Below the pieces are notes generated by a model. It did not search any database. It was not told where the DNA came from and was given only the letters and a program-made list of their open reading frames with translations. DNA of 64,000 nt from Mytilus californianus. Taxonomy: Eukaryota. Made by a program: the position numbers and the translations under genes. Below are positions 36,621 to 49,743 of the stretch, piece by piece; position 1 is the stretch's first letter, and every line of letters starts with the position of its first letter. The stretch is taken from the NCBI RefSeq assembly GCF_021869535.1, contig NW_026262684.1, positions 62,001 to 126,000 on the forward strand. Reading direction: 5' to 3'.

Positions 36621-37427
36621 AGACGCTAGTTACGTAATTTTTTTGTGAACTTACGACAATATGTCATTATTTTGTATCGGCCGACACACTGCAATTCGAG
36701 TCATACCTTTATAGCTTTTTACCCCGCCGAACAAAGTAGGATAAAAATGACACACAACCTTTTGAAACCATAACGACGATTTCTTTATCGAGTTGGTATA
36801 AACACTCTGAGGTTTGTTCACTTAGTATTAAAACGCTCAAATGCACCATAGATTGAACCCAACTTGATTTACTTATATTCGTTTTTTTCATGAATCCATG
36901 CTGAAAAAAATATGAAGTTGCTATTGAACATAAACTTAACACGATCTCAGGATATATCTGCTCATGCTTAGTGCATGCTGAAATTTAAATAAAAAGCTTC
37001 TTCATTCTTCACCTTTAAATGAATATTGCGATATTGTACTTCGGTTCTAATGACTCGCTTTGACTGTTGTTTTCCCCTTTTTACATTCTGTACATTTTAA
37101 ATGGCATCCTATGGCATATGCATCACTCTGTAAAGAAGTCACCATATTTGAAGACAAATCGAGAGATTTTGATTGATCGACGACTGTTTAGCGCAAAGGG
37201 ACGAATGTATATATTCTTTTACCCAAAAAAGGTAGAACACATCTTTGAAGAAAATTGTTTTATGATATCATTAAATGCTTAAATGAAAAATGCTTGTTAT
37301 GGAATCGTTGTATAAAAGAAAAAAGTTCTATTACTTGGAATATGAAATCAAAAAAAAGATATCACTTCGTATGCATTATCTATGACTATTTTAAATGAAA
37401 GTTCAAATGATATTATGAAACGTCTCC
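36621..37427. mobile_element. Possible TTAA-flanked non-autonomous DNA transposon (Kolobok-like)
   Basis: ttaa|agacgc...cgtctcc|ttaa. The inverted match is very short and imperfect. Confidence 0.35.
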
Positions 37428-38009
37428 TTAAATGATGCTTGCATCGCGAAGAAGCATTCGTTGACATTTTTCATTCTGATCTGTACTAAAACACTCGTTT
37501 TTGTGAATTCCGTCATTAGAGAACCTTTCGAAATTGCATATTTAAACTATTTAAAAGTTGATGAGCATGTGATCACTGACAGCACCAAGTTGTGTTTTTT
37601 TCACAGAATATTTTATTCATGTATATTCTGTTGTCCATAATAGATCAAACCTCATGAGTCATAGTATTTTTTCAGACGATGATTTAGCACATTTTCGTCA
37701 CATTGAGAGCGACCATTAATTTTCTACAATGCCACGCCAATTTAATTCCTTGTTCGACGGACCCGCCCGCAAATATTATTTTCTAAACAGAAAAAAAATA
37801 TTTTTAAATATTCCCGCTTCCCGCATCCTAAAAAGTCATCGTGTCTATTTCCCGCGCCGGTTTTTTTGAAAAAATAAAAAGCGATCGCAAGAGCGTTTTA
37901 GTCAACGTCAAATCGCGACCCTTTAAACTGTTTCGAGTATTAACACAGATTTCTTATTAAAGTCAAGGACGATTCTTCACAAACTCATGTCGATTTTCGT
38001 TATTAGAAT

Positions 38010-38298
38010 AAAGGTGTATGTGCTAATACAGACTGGAGCTTACTGTTCAGTAGTTGTCGTTTGGTGGTGTGATTCATAGGTATTTCTCGTTTTGCATATA
38101 GGTTAGACCGTTGGTTTTCCTGTTTGAATTGTTTTACACTAGTCATTTTGGGGCCCTTTATAGCTTGCTGTTCGGTGTGAGCCAAGGCTCCGTGTTGAAA
38201 GCCGTACTTTGACCTATACTTATTAACTTTAAATACATTGTGACTTGGATGGAGAGTTGTCTCATTGGCACTCAGTCACACCACATCTTATTTATATA
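38010..38298 (-). repeat. Copy of the gatgtggtatg dispersed repeat
   Basis: Reverse complement of the 15283-15490 type: ggggccctttatagcttgctgttcgg...gagagttgtctcattggcac. Confidence 0.8.
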
Positions 38299-41096
38299 CA
38301 AAGTGCCAAAAAGACAAAAATGAGAACACCAAAACGACGGAGACACAGACAATCAACATATATCACAAAAAACTAAAATCTACACACATCAACGAACAGC
38401 ACGAACCCCTAAAAACTGGGGGTAAACTCAGGTGTTCCGGAAGGATGAACAGCTCCTGCTTCCTGCAAGACACACGCCGTGTTGATAGTTATAAGTCATG
38501 TCCGGTGAAGGAGGAAAGACATCTATGACTAATCAATGCAGATTATTTAAGGCAGTTGAAATAATTATTCAATTATTCAGTTCAAGATCTGATGTCCTCA
38601 GAAAGTAACAGTAATACAAGCAGTCATAAATATGCTGCAATTAAAAGTGGGCATTACATGTCTTAGTGAACAGGAAAAAAAAAAACACTTCAGCAGTTGA
38701 TAAATTAAAGAAATGTCAAAGTACAAGTGGTAAATCAAGTTTCATACCATCTTGTTTTGATCAATATTGTGAGAACCTATGATTTTATGTTTACAAAAAA
38801 AAAAAATATAATCGCTCGCTTTTACCAGTCAAGGGTGTAACTTGAATAAGTTATTAGAGAAAAATAACATACATGTGTTATTATGGATACTTTCTCTTAA
38901 TCTGTAGTAACATATGTTTGTTATCAGTTAAATGTACCATAAAAAAATTTATTTTCAGTGGGCACTTGGGAATTCTTGAAACTTGCGCAGTAACTTAATA
39001 CATAACCTTGAAAACTAATTTTCCAATTCAATTAATACATTTTTGATCAACCATGGTAAATCAATGAGACAAGGCTTTTAAGTAACAACTTAGCTGTAAT
39101 AACAATGCTTAGGTATTACAGGCATTTAACTTATTACATGAGACACTTGGGAATGACTAGGAAGCTTGCGCAGAACCTCATTACATGCTCTTATCATTAT
39201 TTATTACAATAAATTAAAATACATTGTGATATATGTAGGAGAAAAGGCTTTGAAGAGATGTAGAGAAGCTGTAATAACACCCTTTAGTTATTACAGGCAT
39301 ACTTTTTCTGTTATAACATGGGTTTGTTATGCATGATTGGCAAACTATGGGCTGTTATATCCTTCTAAAGTTTAATATACATAAAGACAATTATAATATC
39401 AAAAGAACTAGTACACGATTTAACAAAATAAAGGATGTATAATGCCCCTTTGAAACATGTAACATACATATGTTATCACAGATTTTTGATTTGTTAGCCC
39501 TCAATAACAAATGTATGTTATTTTTCTCTAATAACTTATTTAAGTTAGACCCTTGACTGTTTACTTTTCAAGCTTCGCCTCAAATATTTGCAAACTAAAT
39601 TTTTTTTTATTAAAATTTTCAAATCGCTCGCTCGCCCCAATTTCTGCAGGGAAAAAATCCGTAGAAAAAGAAATTAAATTGGTGAGCCCAACCTGATAGT
39701 TATATTACCGTATGGTAATCAATAAGCATATAAGTCATATATACAGGCACCTCGTAAATTTAAACGAATTTCATGCGTTTTAAAAACAGATTCAATTTTG
39801 ATATCGAATATCCACCAAGTTTCTATAAAACCAATTGAAAGATGTAGTAACTTACATTTGATCTGCACATCTTAATTTAACACAAATTAAAGTAATTTCT
39901 ATTAATAGTAAGGAATAATGATTTCTTGAACTTCGCCCGTCCGGTATAACACTAAAACATAAGAGGTGTTCGATCGGCTTTCGGGAAGTATCGAAAAGCA
40001 GCAACGTCCGGACGAAATGACGATATTATTGATATTGTCTATTTTCGTTTACTGTCATAGTCCAGACTTGTTGCATTGCTTATACATTTAAGTTTAAGGT
40101 GGCTTACACCAAATCTTCTTTAAATAATATTCATGTTACCCGCAAGCAAAATAGAATGCAAAACGACATATGATTTAGAATAACTCAACGTTCATAAAGA
40201 TATGTTCAAGTACTAACAAACCACATACATCTATAACGTTTCAATACAAATTATGTTATTTTTCTTTTCAATTCATGCTACCATATCCTTATAACATGTT
40301 ATCATTGAATTCTTTCAAAAAGTCACTGCTTACACTACAAATCATAATTAGTAACGAGTGCGTACCCAAAGTGCACATATTTTGTCAGATTTGTCGCCTA
40401 CATTTATCTAAGAAAGATACAAATGTTACCATTCTGTGTTTATTTTGTTGGTGTATCCTTCATGTCCTTATTTATTATATTGTCCCACAAATTTAATTTT
40501 GAAGCCAAAGTGAATCATTGACAAATGGATTTATAACTACCTCCAAATGATCCAAGATTCTGCAATAAGGGGTACCGAAATTGCACCCATGCTAAACAAC
40601 ACATCTGTAAAAATCCGTTAACTGATGTTTTGTTTTACTTCTTCACATATTTTTTCACACACTTTGGTCCATGCATGTCCTGTATTTTATATGAAATGGA
40701 TGTCTGTAACATATTTTAATCTTGAATTTTTGAATATAGACCTTTTGTACACGCCATGATGCAACGTGTCCGTAAATTTTACTATTTTGCACTGATGATT
40801 TTAACGCTTGATATAAAACGTGACCGTTTTGTGTATAATTAAGTTAATGTATGTTGAGCTATATTGAAAGACGCCAAATGGCAAATGTGGCAAATTAAAA
40901 AAAAAAACACACAAATTGTTTAATCACTATAAAAACTTATAAGATTTCCTGTGCTTTTTGTGCATAATGGATGTAATTTAGGTACTGGGTGCAATTTTGG
41001 ACTCTGACGTTATATCAAACATGAAACCAATTCATTTATTTCTATTTATATATTACAACTATATATTGTATATTGTCATTTTCTTGATTCAAGTCA

Positions 41097-41629
41097 TTAT
41101 TTTCTCTTGTATATTACAAGCCAAGGATGTATGCGAGTGAGAATATCCATTGCAATATTTAAGTGTTTTGGAGTTTTTGCCAACCCGCTTAATGGAAATA
41201 TTGTCGTGTTTTGATAATTGCAGGAGACGATATTGCTATAATGATGCATATCGATATCGCAAGGATTAATCGCTTGATACGGATTTTCATAACCATCACC
41301 AGGTTGTTTAATTGAAGAGCTGTCATCAGAGCTAACGACATCAGTCCTTAATACAATATCGTTCCTTTCGATGATGCTTGATACATTATCATTATTCATA
41401 TCTGCATCGTTGGCTATATGATCAAAAATAACATTGTTATGATTTAAAGTTTCTATATTATCATAGTTATCTTCTGGGGTCATTTGAAGAATATTGCTAC
41501 TGCAATTGTTAGCCCTCTTAAGGCAGCAGTAAATATGCGAGCAAACACATATGATTAGAATTCCTCCAACTAAGCTGCCCATAATTATCCAGCAAAAGCC
41601 ATGTGCAAATGTAGATTTAACGTCATCGT
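41097..41629 (-). CDS. Gene B terminal exon: TM plus cytoplasmic tail
   Basis: Acceptor 41630-31. WIIMGSLVGGILIICVCSHIYC, then YDNI, GDGYENPYQAI, YSNI, YQNT. Clear paralog of 17612-18111. Confidence 0.9.
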
Positions 41630-42180
41630 CTGGAAATCAATTACAAAGAAACAAGATTATTTTATGTGTATTTCGTGTACTTTTCAAAACAAGACAATAA
41701 AGAGATTATTTTATATTTAATCGAATTATGCTGTATATTTTTTAATCAGGTGTTAACACTTGAATGTTAAAATTATAATTCGAGGTTCACTTCAAGTTTC
41801 ATACACTTTCAAATTCGTGTGAAGGGTTAATTTGGCTTGGTTTTTTCTATTCTCATGGAGTTCAGTTTTTTCGTTAATAATTTTAATCAAATACCGCACA
41901 TGCTACAATACTATTCTAAATTGAATTGTGTTTTCTTTTTAAATAAAATTATAAGATCTACCTTTTCATTGTTTGAAAACAAGACATATTTCGATTCAAA
42001 AGACTGAAAAAAACTAGATGTGTCGGAACGACAAGGATGTCCCCGCTAGCAAAAAAAGATTGAAATCATTGTAGGAGTGGAAATTTTCAGTGTCCAAAGA
42101 AATTTCAAATTGCAAAAAACATCGGAGCAGAACCAAACGTAAACTTAATCTGTAACTCATCAAAGTAGACTCACATACTC

Positions 42181-42303
42181 GTCAGGAATATGACAGTTGT
42201 TATCCATTCGTTTGATGTGTTTGAGCTTTTGATTTTGCCATTTACTTCGGGACTTTCCGTTTAGAATTTTCCTCGGAGTTCGGTATTTTTGTTATTTTAC
42301 TTT
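42181..42303 (+). repeat. Solo Penelope-like 3'-tail fragment
   Basis: gtcaggaatatgacagttgtt...ggagttcggtattttt, the reverse complement of 35344-35475. Another copy at 60661-60800(-). Confidence 0.75.
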
Positions 42304-42479
42304 ATACTAAAAGTCAGTGCAATATGTGGAGGTATTTAGAAACAAATATATATATATATATATGTGTAAATGAATGGGTAAAAACGAAAAAGCACAGTTC
42401 ACTTCATGTTTATAGATTGATACAACTTACAAAACATAAACATAGATATACCGAACATATCACTCTTAACTAAAATTAC

Positions 42480-42824
42480 CTGTCGAAATGACAGCAACGT
42501 CAAAGTAACCACACTCATATTTATTACACACTTTTGCATAATAATTCTCACAATTGTCTTTCCTAGACATTGTCAATTTGAATATCAATTCGATGCACGG
42601 CAATTTAATACTGACATTATAGAATACTAAATGCTCTCTACATGTCGAATTCATCAATGAACCTACTACTGCAGGCGATTGCCCTTCGCTATTCTTTTCC
42701 CTACGTTTGATAATTGGTGCACTAGTAATATCAGATGGATTAAAGACTTTTAAAGTTAGGTTCACTTTTACAGGACGTTGACCGAACCACATTTTTCTGT
42801 TGTTTAAAACAAAAACTGGCGGCC
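42480..42824 (-). CDS. Gene B exon 4: atypical membrane-proximal Ig-like domain
   Basis: 345 nt, acceptor 42825-26, donor GTAATT. GPPVFV...VFYNVSIKLP...NYYAKVCNKYEC aligns to gene A exon 6. Confidence 0.85.
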
Positions 42825-44310
42825 CTAGAATATAATTAAAAGCTAAATTTTATAATAACTAAAACAATTCTGAATTAATAGCAATTTTATGATGTGACAA
42901 AACATGTCATACGAAACCTTTTTGGTCATCTAAACAAAGTAGACCTATGGATGAAGTTTTTATAATAATAATAGTTCGTATATTAATTGAACGACTCTAT
43001 CAGAAAGTGCTTATTATTCCGGAAAACATGAGATCATCTCTGATCGTGTTGTGAAGAGTTTAGTTTTTTTACTAGTGTTTTGTATTGTATTATCGTTTTG
43101 CAATCTTTCTTTTTATCTATGGCATTGTATTTACATCTTATTTTTTTTATTTCCCAATTGTTATCTTATCAACCTTTTTTTTTTTACATCATTCCGAAAT
43201 TATTTCGATCTGTTCATGGCATTTTTATTTTATAAATAAAGCCACAATTTTCCACATTTCGATTTTGGTACAACTTTCCATGGATGTTCAATAATTTATC
43301 TTTAAATGTATGATATTTTCAACAATGATCAAGAGACCATACTTTGATATGGCGTGAAATTTGTTTGTTCAATTTCCACTACAATTATATTTCATTTTAC
43401 AGATTAATATGTATTTTTACATACACTTTAGTTGCAGTTTTTGATTTACCATGTTTGTGTCTGTTCACCTCCTTTTTTAATCAGAGCACTAAAGAATAAT
43501 TTTATTCAGAACTATGTTAAGGAATCATAATACAAATATAACACTCTTGATGTAATACATAAACAGTACAACAGTAACATGTAAAGCAAACATTAGGTTC
43601 AAATAGTCATTTGAGACGATTAAATGCCTTTAAACTGGAATCGTTTTCAGATGGAAAGTAAGTATCTACAGAAATCGGTGGTTATACAGGCAAGCAGATA
43701 AAACTTCCATGGGAGGACTGTACTATAAAGGACGAAGAAGAAGCAAGTTATCGGTGGTAGACCGATTTCCAAATTTTAAGGACTGGTATAGTCCTCTTAA
43801 AATGTCTGTTTTGACAAACAGCTCAGCATATGACTAGTTATGAAGACAGATCTGTTTTTTAAAGTCCTTTAAACATGTTTGGGCGAAGTAAAACTATGAA
43901 CAGGTCTGCTTTTGACGGGTTCTGAAGACAAGCTTAAGTTTGCCAATGACAGGCCATCATTCAGAGCACTGTTCATCACCCCAATTAGATGAAATCAAAC
44001 ATGGACCACATTGTACGATTGCAAGTTAACAAGTCAGTTATACCCTCAGCGGGACATCCATTAATACCCCATAAAAAGAAATAATGCTAATGACTGAAGC
44101 ATCACCGCATGTAAGGAAACCAAATATTTATTCAGCTCTTTCAGATCGATTTTTCAAAAAAGATTCCAAATGAGTATCTATCATGTGCCCAGTATATACA
44201 GATCGAAATCACTTCAGCTTTCATGATCTAGGTGACAAATCTTTAATATTGATAATGTCAGCAAAATAGTCAAGGAAACGTACAAAATCAGTTTAGTCAA
44301 ATCCGTAGTT

Positions 44311-44312
<2 letters not shown>

Positions 44313-44349
<37 letters not shown>
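44313..44349. repeat. (CT)n microsatellite
   Basis: Direct observation. Confidence 0.95.
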
Positions 44350-44353
<4 letters not shown>

Positions 44354-45574
44354 GGCCGAATTTTTGGAATTAAAGATATGGAAGACACCGTTTTAATATT
44401 GTTTTTTCAATTTTCAACAGTTTTACATATTTCCATGAAAACAGAATATTATTCGCAAGAACATGTTACAGTAAAAATCAATTTCATAGAAGATATCACG
44501 TTCCAAATATTTAAAAAAAATAATGCAATAATGGACGTCTTTAGCATGTTTAGTTTTCAACATAATAAGTTTTGGTTGAGGATATCTTTTTTTATAAATT
44601 TGTGGGATAATGAGTCAATGTCCTAAATCCAATGTGACTAAACAAAATCAGCCGTTATATCGTACATTTTATCATAATGAATTGAACAACATTCTACCAT
44701 TTGTTTCTTTTGCTTGAGTACCGAGGACTTCTATTTGTGATAAACTCTTAACAACTATGGAATTATTACAAAATTGAGAAGAACTAGAATAGATTTTAAA
44801 TGAAGAAAGTGATGTAATTTATATTATTATTACGACCTGTTTTATAAACACAGAATATTTTTTGGTTTGATTTAAATGTTTGCTTACTTTGGCATAGAAG
44901 GGAAGAATATTTAGATAATTGTTAGTTAAAGAAATGTGCATAACCGGGTTAAAATTGGTCCTTAGATTTTTATAGTTTGATATATGAAGTAACATCAAAT
45001 AACTTCTGTTTGTGGCATATCACATTTTCAATTATCTGATTAGTATGCCAAAAAATTACACATCTACGTAGTTACCTTTCATTACAGAACATGTCGGACA
45101 GTATATTAAGGCAAAGGTTAAACTGGAGCTTTGCATGCAGAAAGTCATTGCGTTTTGACACATCCCCACAATGAGATGATTTCGGTGTCTTTAATTGCCT
45201 GTAATGTAAATTATGTGTTTTACTTTGCGTTGAAGCTTTAACAAAAGATCCACAAAAGAACAAAACTGTCAACTTTGTGTTATTTCAAGTTTAAATGTTA
45301 TGCTATCTCTTGGCAATCAAGAAGGTATCATAAAAAATTATAAGCCAACAAAACCATATAACCAAACAAACACGAAAACATAGAAATGACATACTATAGT
45401 CTACAAAATTAAAATAAAATTTCGTGCGCCGGTCTCAAATTCTTTGGACTTACTTTCATTAGGAACGCTTTGACCCAAACATTTTAACGCGAAGAATGTA
45501 AATGACAAAAACACACGAAGAACTATCTGACTACATAAACTCATCATAGATACCAGGATAAAAAAATCTGTACG

Positions 45575-45618
45575 CCGCCAGACGCGCGTTTCGTCTTCAA
45601 AACACTCTTCAGTGACGC
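45575..45618 (-). ncRNA. Minimal type-I hammerhead ribozyme motif within a dispersed repeat (about 45535-45720)
   Basis: GCGUCA-CUGAAGA-GUG uuuugaa GAC-GAAA-CGCGCG-UC-UGGCGG. CUGANGA and GAAA cores, GUC cleavage triplet, palindromic stem III, one mismatch in stem II. Confidence 0.7.
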
Positions 45619-46115
45619 TCGAATCAAACAAATTTAAAAGGCGAAGTTGAAAAGCATTTAGGACTTGAAATTCCGAAAGGTTTTTCCTTAATATTTAAAA
45701 GGGACCTAAAAATAGTCAAATTCAACTGAGATCAACTTTGCCTGAAGGTGTTTGAATCTTTCTTTATATATATACATTTTCAATTTCTTTGATAAAAACT
45801 ACATTGAAAACTTAGCACGAACCCTACCAAAAACCAGTGATCTCATCTACTGCAGCAAGTTAAGACCTATCTTCTCACATTTTTTAAAGGAAATTCTAAA
45901 GTTTAGTTTACACAACCTGTAGCTGGATTAAGAGCTCTATAAATTGCACCTCAGTCGTTGATGTAGTTTGATGTTTTATACTGTTTGGTTGATAATAAAT
46001 AATAAATGTCCTTCTTCATGTATACACATTCTTATTGTTAATTGGATTCTCAAATATTAATAATAATATAAAACACATTATGAGCTATTGTTAAAAGCAA
46101 GCTTTATATGATTAC

Positions 46116-46396
46116 CTTCGTAATGTACCAAGACTTGTTTTTTCTGATAAAGCTCTCCGTTTATATCCGAGATGCCATTGTTTACTCTCACATATATTTC
46201 CCGCTGTTTTGATAATTGTCTTTCTGAAGTGCAAGTGGACCGTCATGTGTGTTTTCTTTATATCGTATATGTTTACCAGACTCCGATGTATGTTCCCATT
46301 CTTTGAAAGTGTATGGCCCAGGATCGCCGGAAGTATGACATTCAAGGTAAATTTTATCTTCTAATTGTGTTGTATTTATTGAGACATCAGGCGGAG
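46116..46396 (-). pseudogene. Gene B exon 3: Ig domain with 1-bp deletion in the F-strand Cys codon
   Basis: ...GKYM TG-AGA GTA AAC AAT GGC; restoring one base gives KYMCRVNNG, matching gene A YVCRVSNG. Confidence 0.88.
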
Positions 46397-47109
46397 CTAA
46401 TGCAAACAAACCGGATATTAACTTTGTTTCTTAATTATAATGTTAAATTTATTTTGTATGTTTTTGTCTTACTTCAAGTAATACTAGTAGCTAATATGTT
46501 TAAAGAGAAATAAGATAAGAATGTTTTACATTTAATTACAAAACATAAATAGTCGATACCTACACATCATCACTTGTAGCGTTAATGCAAATATGGTATT
46601 GCGACATTACACGATAAAACATTTCATCTTTAACACTCAATATATGCAGTTGAATATTTTGTCTCCATCAATGGCCGCCCTCGAAACAAAATATTCGTTA
46701 CTCAAATGTATCAACAGTTGAAGCAAATTTATCTCAAATAAAACTAAATACATCATCTAAAGAATAATGAGAATGCAGGAAGTATCTGTTAACATACATG
46801 TAGTTAAAAGTCTCAGCTTTTTTTAACTGACGGTGATCTAAACATTTGCATATTAACCATGCACTTTATAGATGCTGAAGGTCAAATGTTGACGTAAGAA
46901 CTATTGAGCTGTTTGGTTGCTGACGTATGACTAACATTTTCCCTTTTATATTGGACCATGGCGACGGTTTTGTCAAGACATTCAAGACATTCAAAATAAT
47001 ATCATGTTAGTACAAGATCATTCCTAACTAGGTACTCCTTGGTAACATGAACAATTGATATATTTAACTATAGAAAAAAACATAAAAATATTATAATCCA
47101 TAATTGGCA

Positions 47110-48230
47110 CATGCAGTCAGGATTCTACTTTGTCAAAATTATCTCCCCATTACGGCACTTAATTTTTATAATCGTAAAAATGGAAGCCATTGTAGTGATG
47201 ACGCGCTGTCAATTTAGCTCTTGAAAACCGATAAATTTATCCACATCGTATCCTTACGATCCTTACATGCCTGTTGTATTTCAAAAGACACATGTATCTA
47301 CTAGCTATTGAGCATCATTTAATGTACTTTTCCGCATTTGGGCAACTTAAAACTATTGTCTGATCGGTTGTCAGGGGGAATTTTTGAAAGTTCAAAAATA
47401 TTTAAAAAAATTCTAATTAATTTTTTCGTGGAAGGGCAGACTAAAAATTTTCAGAGGTTGAAGACTAATTACCCTAGATAACACACAAAAAAATTTTTTT
47501 TTTATGTTATGCATTTTTAAGATCCACCAGAAAAATTTGTCGTCAAGTACTTTTAGTAAAAATTTGTTATTCGAACACACCTACTCTGTTGTTATGACTC
47601 ATTAGAAAGGTATTTCATTTGACCCATATATTTCATCTTTTAGTACTGTAAATTTTTAATGTTATTGTGTCAACCTACAGCCTAAATATATAAAAATAAT
47701 AGAATCTGAAGCGAGATGATGTATCAAATATTTTTCTTTTATACGTTTTCAAGACAGAATAGTCAACTCAAACATGCCTGAACCTAAATAGGTGTACTCG
47801 ACTTTCCCTTTTCGATGAAATTATTGCCTATTTTGGGGATTTTTTTCCAACAAACTGTCACCGGGGGCAGAGATGCAAATTAATGTTTTAAAAAGATAAA
47901 TCTATTGTCTTTCTTTGGAATTTTTTCGGCGGAATTTATGCTTATGCACAAAAAAGATCCACGTGAATTTGCACCTACCACAATCGACTGTTTTGTGAAA
48001 ATTGTCTATAATTTAAAATTTTACAAATATCTCGAAGCTCAATTCAATAATTTAAGTAAAAACACATACATAAGATGCATAAAATCGTAAATTAAGCACA
48101 TTCATTAAATTTTTAAAGCCTATAGAAACAGATGTAAACAATTCAAATTTACCAACTTCGCCTTTTTTACCTTCTCTAACAAAGATTTCCATTTCTATTG
48201 TTTAATTTCAACTGGGTTTCCGCCTGCATG
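47110..48230. mobile_element. Copy-2-specific 1.1-kb insertion with short inverted ends (MITE-like)
   Basis: catgcagtcagga ... tttccgcctgcatg. Absent at about 650-680 of copy 1; no clear TSD. Confidence 0.45.
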
Positions 48231-49234
48231 ATCATCAAAATGAAACCGTAAACTAATACGAATTATCTACGCAAACCATGCATTATACATATATTTGTAC
48301 AGGTTCAATCGAAAACAGGTGAGTTTAACTCAATCATTGATTGCAGCAATGTTATGTTGCAATCAAAATGTATGATTATTAACAACTCGGATAATATCCA
48401 TCGAGCAAATATTAACTTCATATGCAAAATTTTGCAAACATAAATGGTCATAACTGAATAGCATAGGTATAGTTGGAATCAGTTCAAATCTTTCAGTAAC
48501 TATCAGGAGAACTGTTCTACAACAGTTTATAGAACAGTTCTCCTCTCACCTTTCGAACAGTTTTCGTCAGTCATTTTCTTTTGATACAGTTATTTATTAA
48601 ATTTATTTAACCAATTTGTTCAATGCATCTACATTTATTCAATCTATTTACTGTTTTATTGTAATTTTATTTATTCTATTGATATTGTTGTATTAACTTT
48701 ATTCATTTTATTTATCTGTTTTCAATTATTTAGTATTGTTTATTAAAAATAATAAGTATTCCTAGACCTGTATAAACCTCTATAAATGTCTTTCTAAAGT
48801 GAACATACTACTAGTCCTGCCTATGATAATTACGATAATATACACTGCAAATGTTATACTATATAAAAAGAGAAATATTGGAGATTAAAATTTAGGAAAT
48901 ATTGACAAATAACAGACCGAAAACATACATTCAAGACTTGCATTACTTGTACTTTTTAATCTTTTTTTTTTTTATCCAAAACGACTAACAATGTACAGGA
49001 AAACTACAGCTAACTACTCTCATTCTGAATCAAGATCTAACTGCTACTGATATTCACGCCAAGTAAAACTGTTTTACCCGTGAACAATATCTGACAATTG
49101 AATGCATAAACCACATAGAGTAATAAAAATAAAAATGTAAACATGGTTAATGTACACAACATTTTTCATCTTCAATAAACATTCGATGCATCCAATGGTG
49201 GCAATCTTTTAACAAACGTATAAGGAGTACTTAC

Positions 49235-49564
49235 TCTGTATGAGCACTCTGTAAACATGACTAATTGCTGTGTCATTTTCTACGTATTGACAATGGTATT
49301 TTCCTTCATCATTAGACGAAAACTCTTTAATCATTAAATTACAAGTTCTGTTCTTATAACTTCCCACAATATAATATTCTGATAAGTTTAATTTTGAATT
49401 AAGTAGCATCCCCTGTGCATATGGCAATAATTTTTCCTCGTACAGACCGTTTATCCTTGGTGCTGACTTATTTGGTCCATCCCAGAGCCCGTTGGTTTGA
49501 TTGGTGCATGAACAATTTAAGACAACTGTATCACCTGTGTTCACAAGTACTTCCTGTATGATTC
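49235..49564 (-). CDS. Gene B exon 2: V-type Ig domain
   Basis: 330 nt, 310/330 identical to 1312-1641 by hand count, same splice sites. Confidence 0.92.
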
Positions 49565-49743
49565 CTATAGATTATAAAAAAAGTTATATAGTTAGAACTT
49601 TAGTAATCCACAAATAAAAACGAAATATTTTTCAAAGGTCATTCTGCCTTTAAAATGCATAAACGACTTATAGATATTTATGAGCTATATATCCATAGAT
49701 CAATATTTGTGTGGGGTATGCCTAACGAGAGATTACAAATAAA

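Noticed and set aside
43650-44270. Relatively GC-balanced, coding-looking stretch in gene B intron 3
   Set aside because: Stops in every frame I read, and no recognisable motif or similarity to the missing Ig/FN3 exons. Possibly an old TE remnant; needs tBLASTx.
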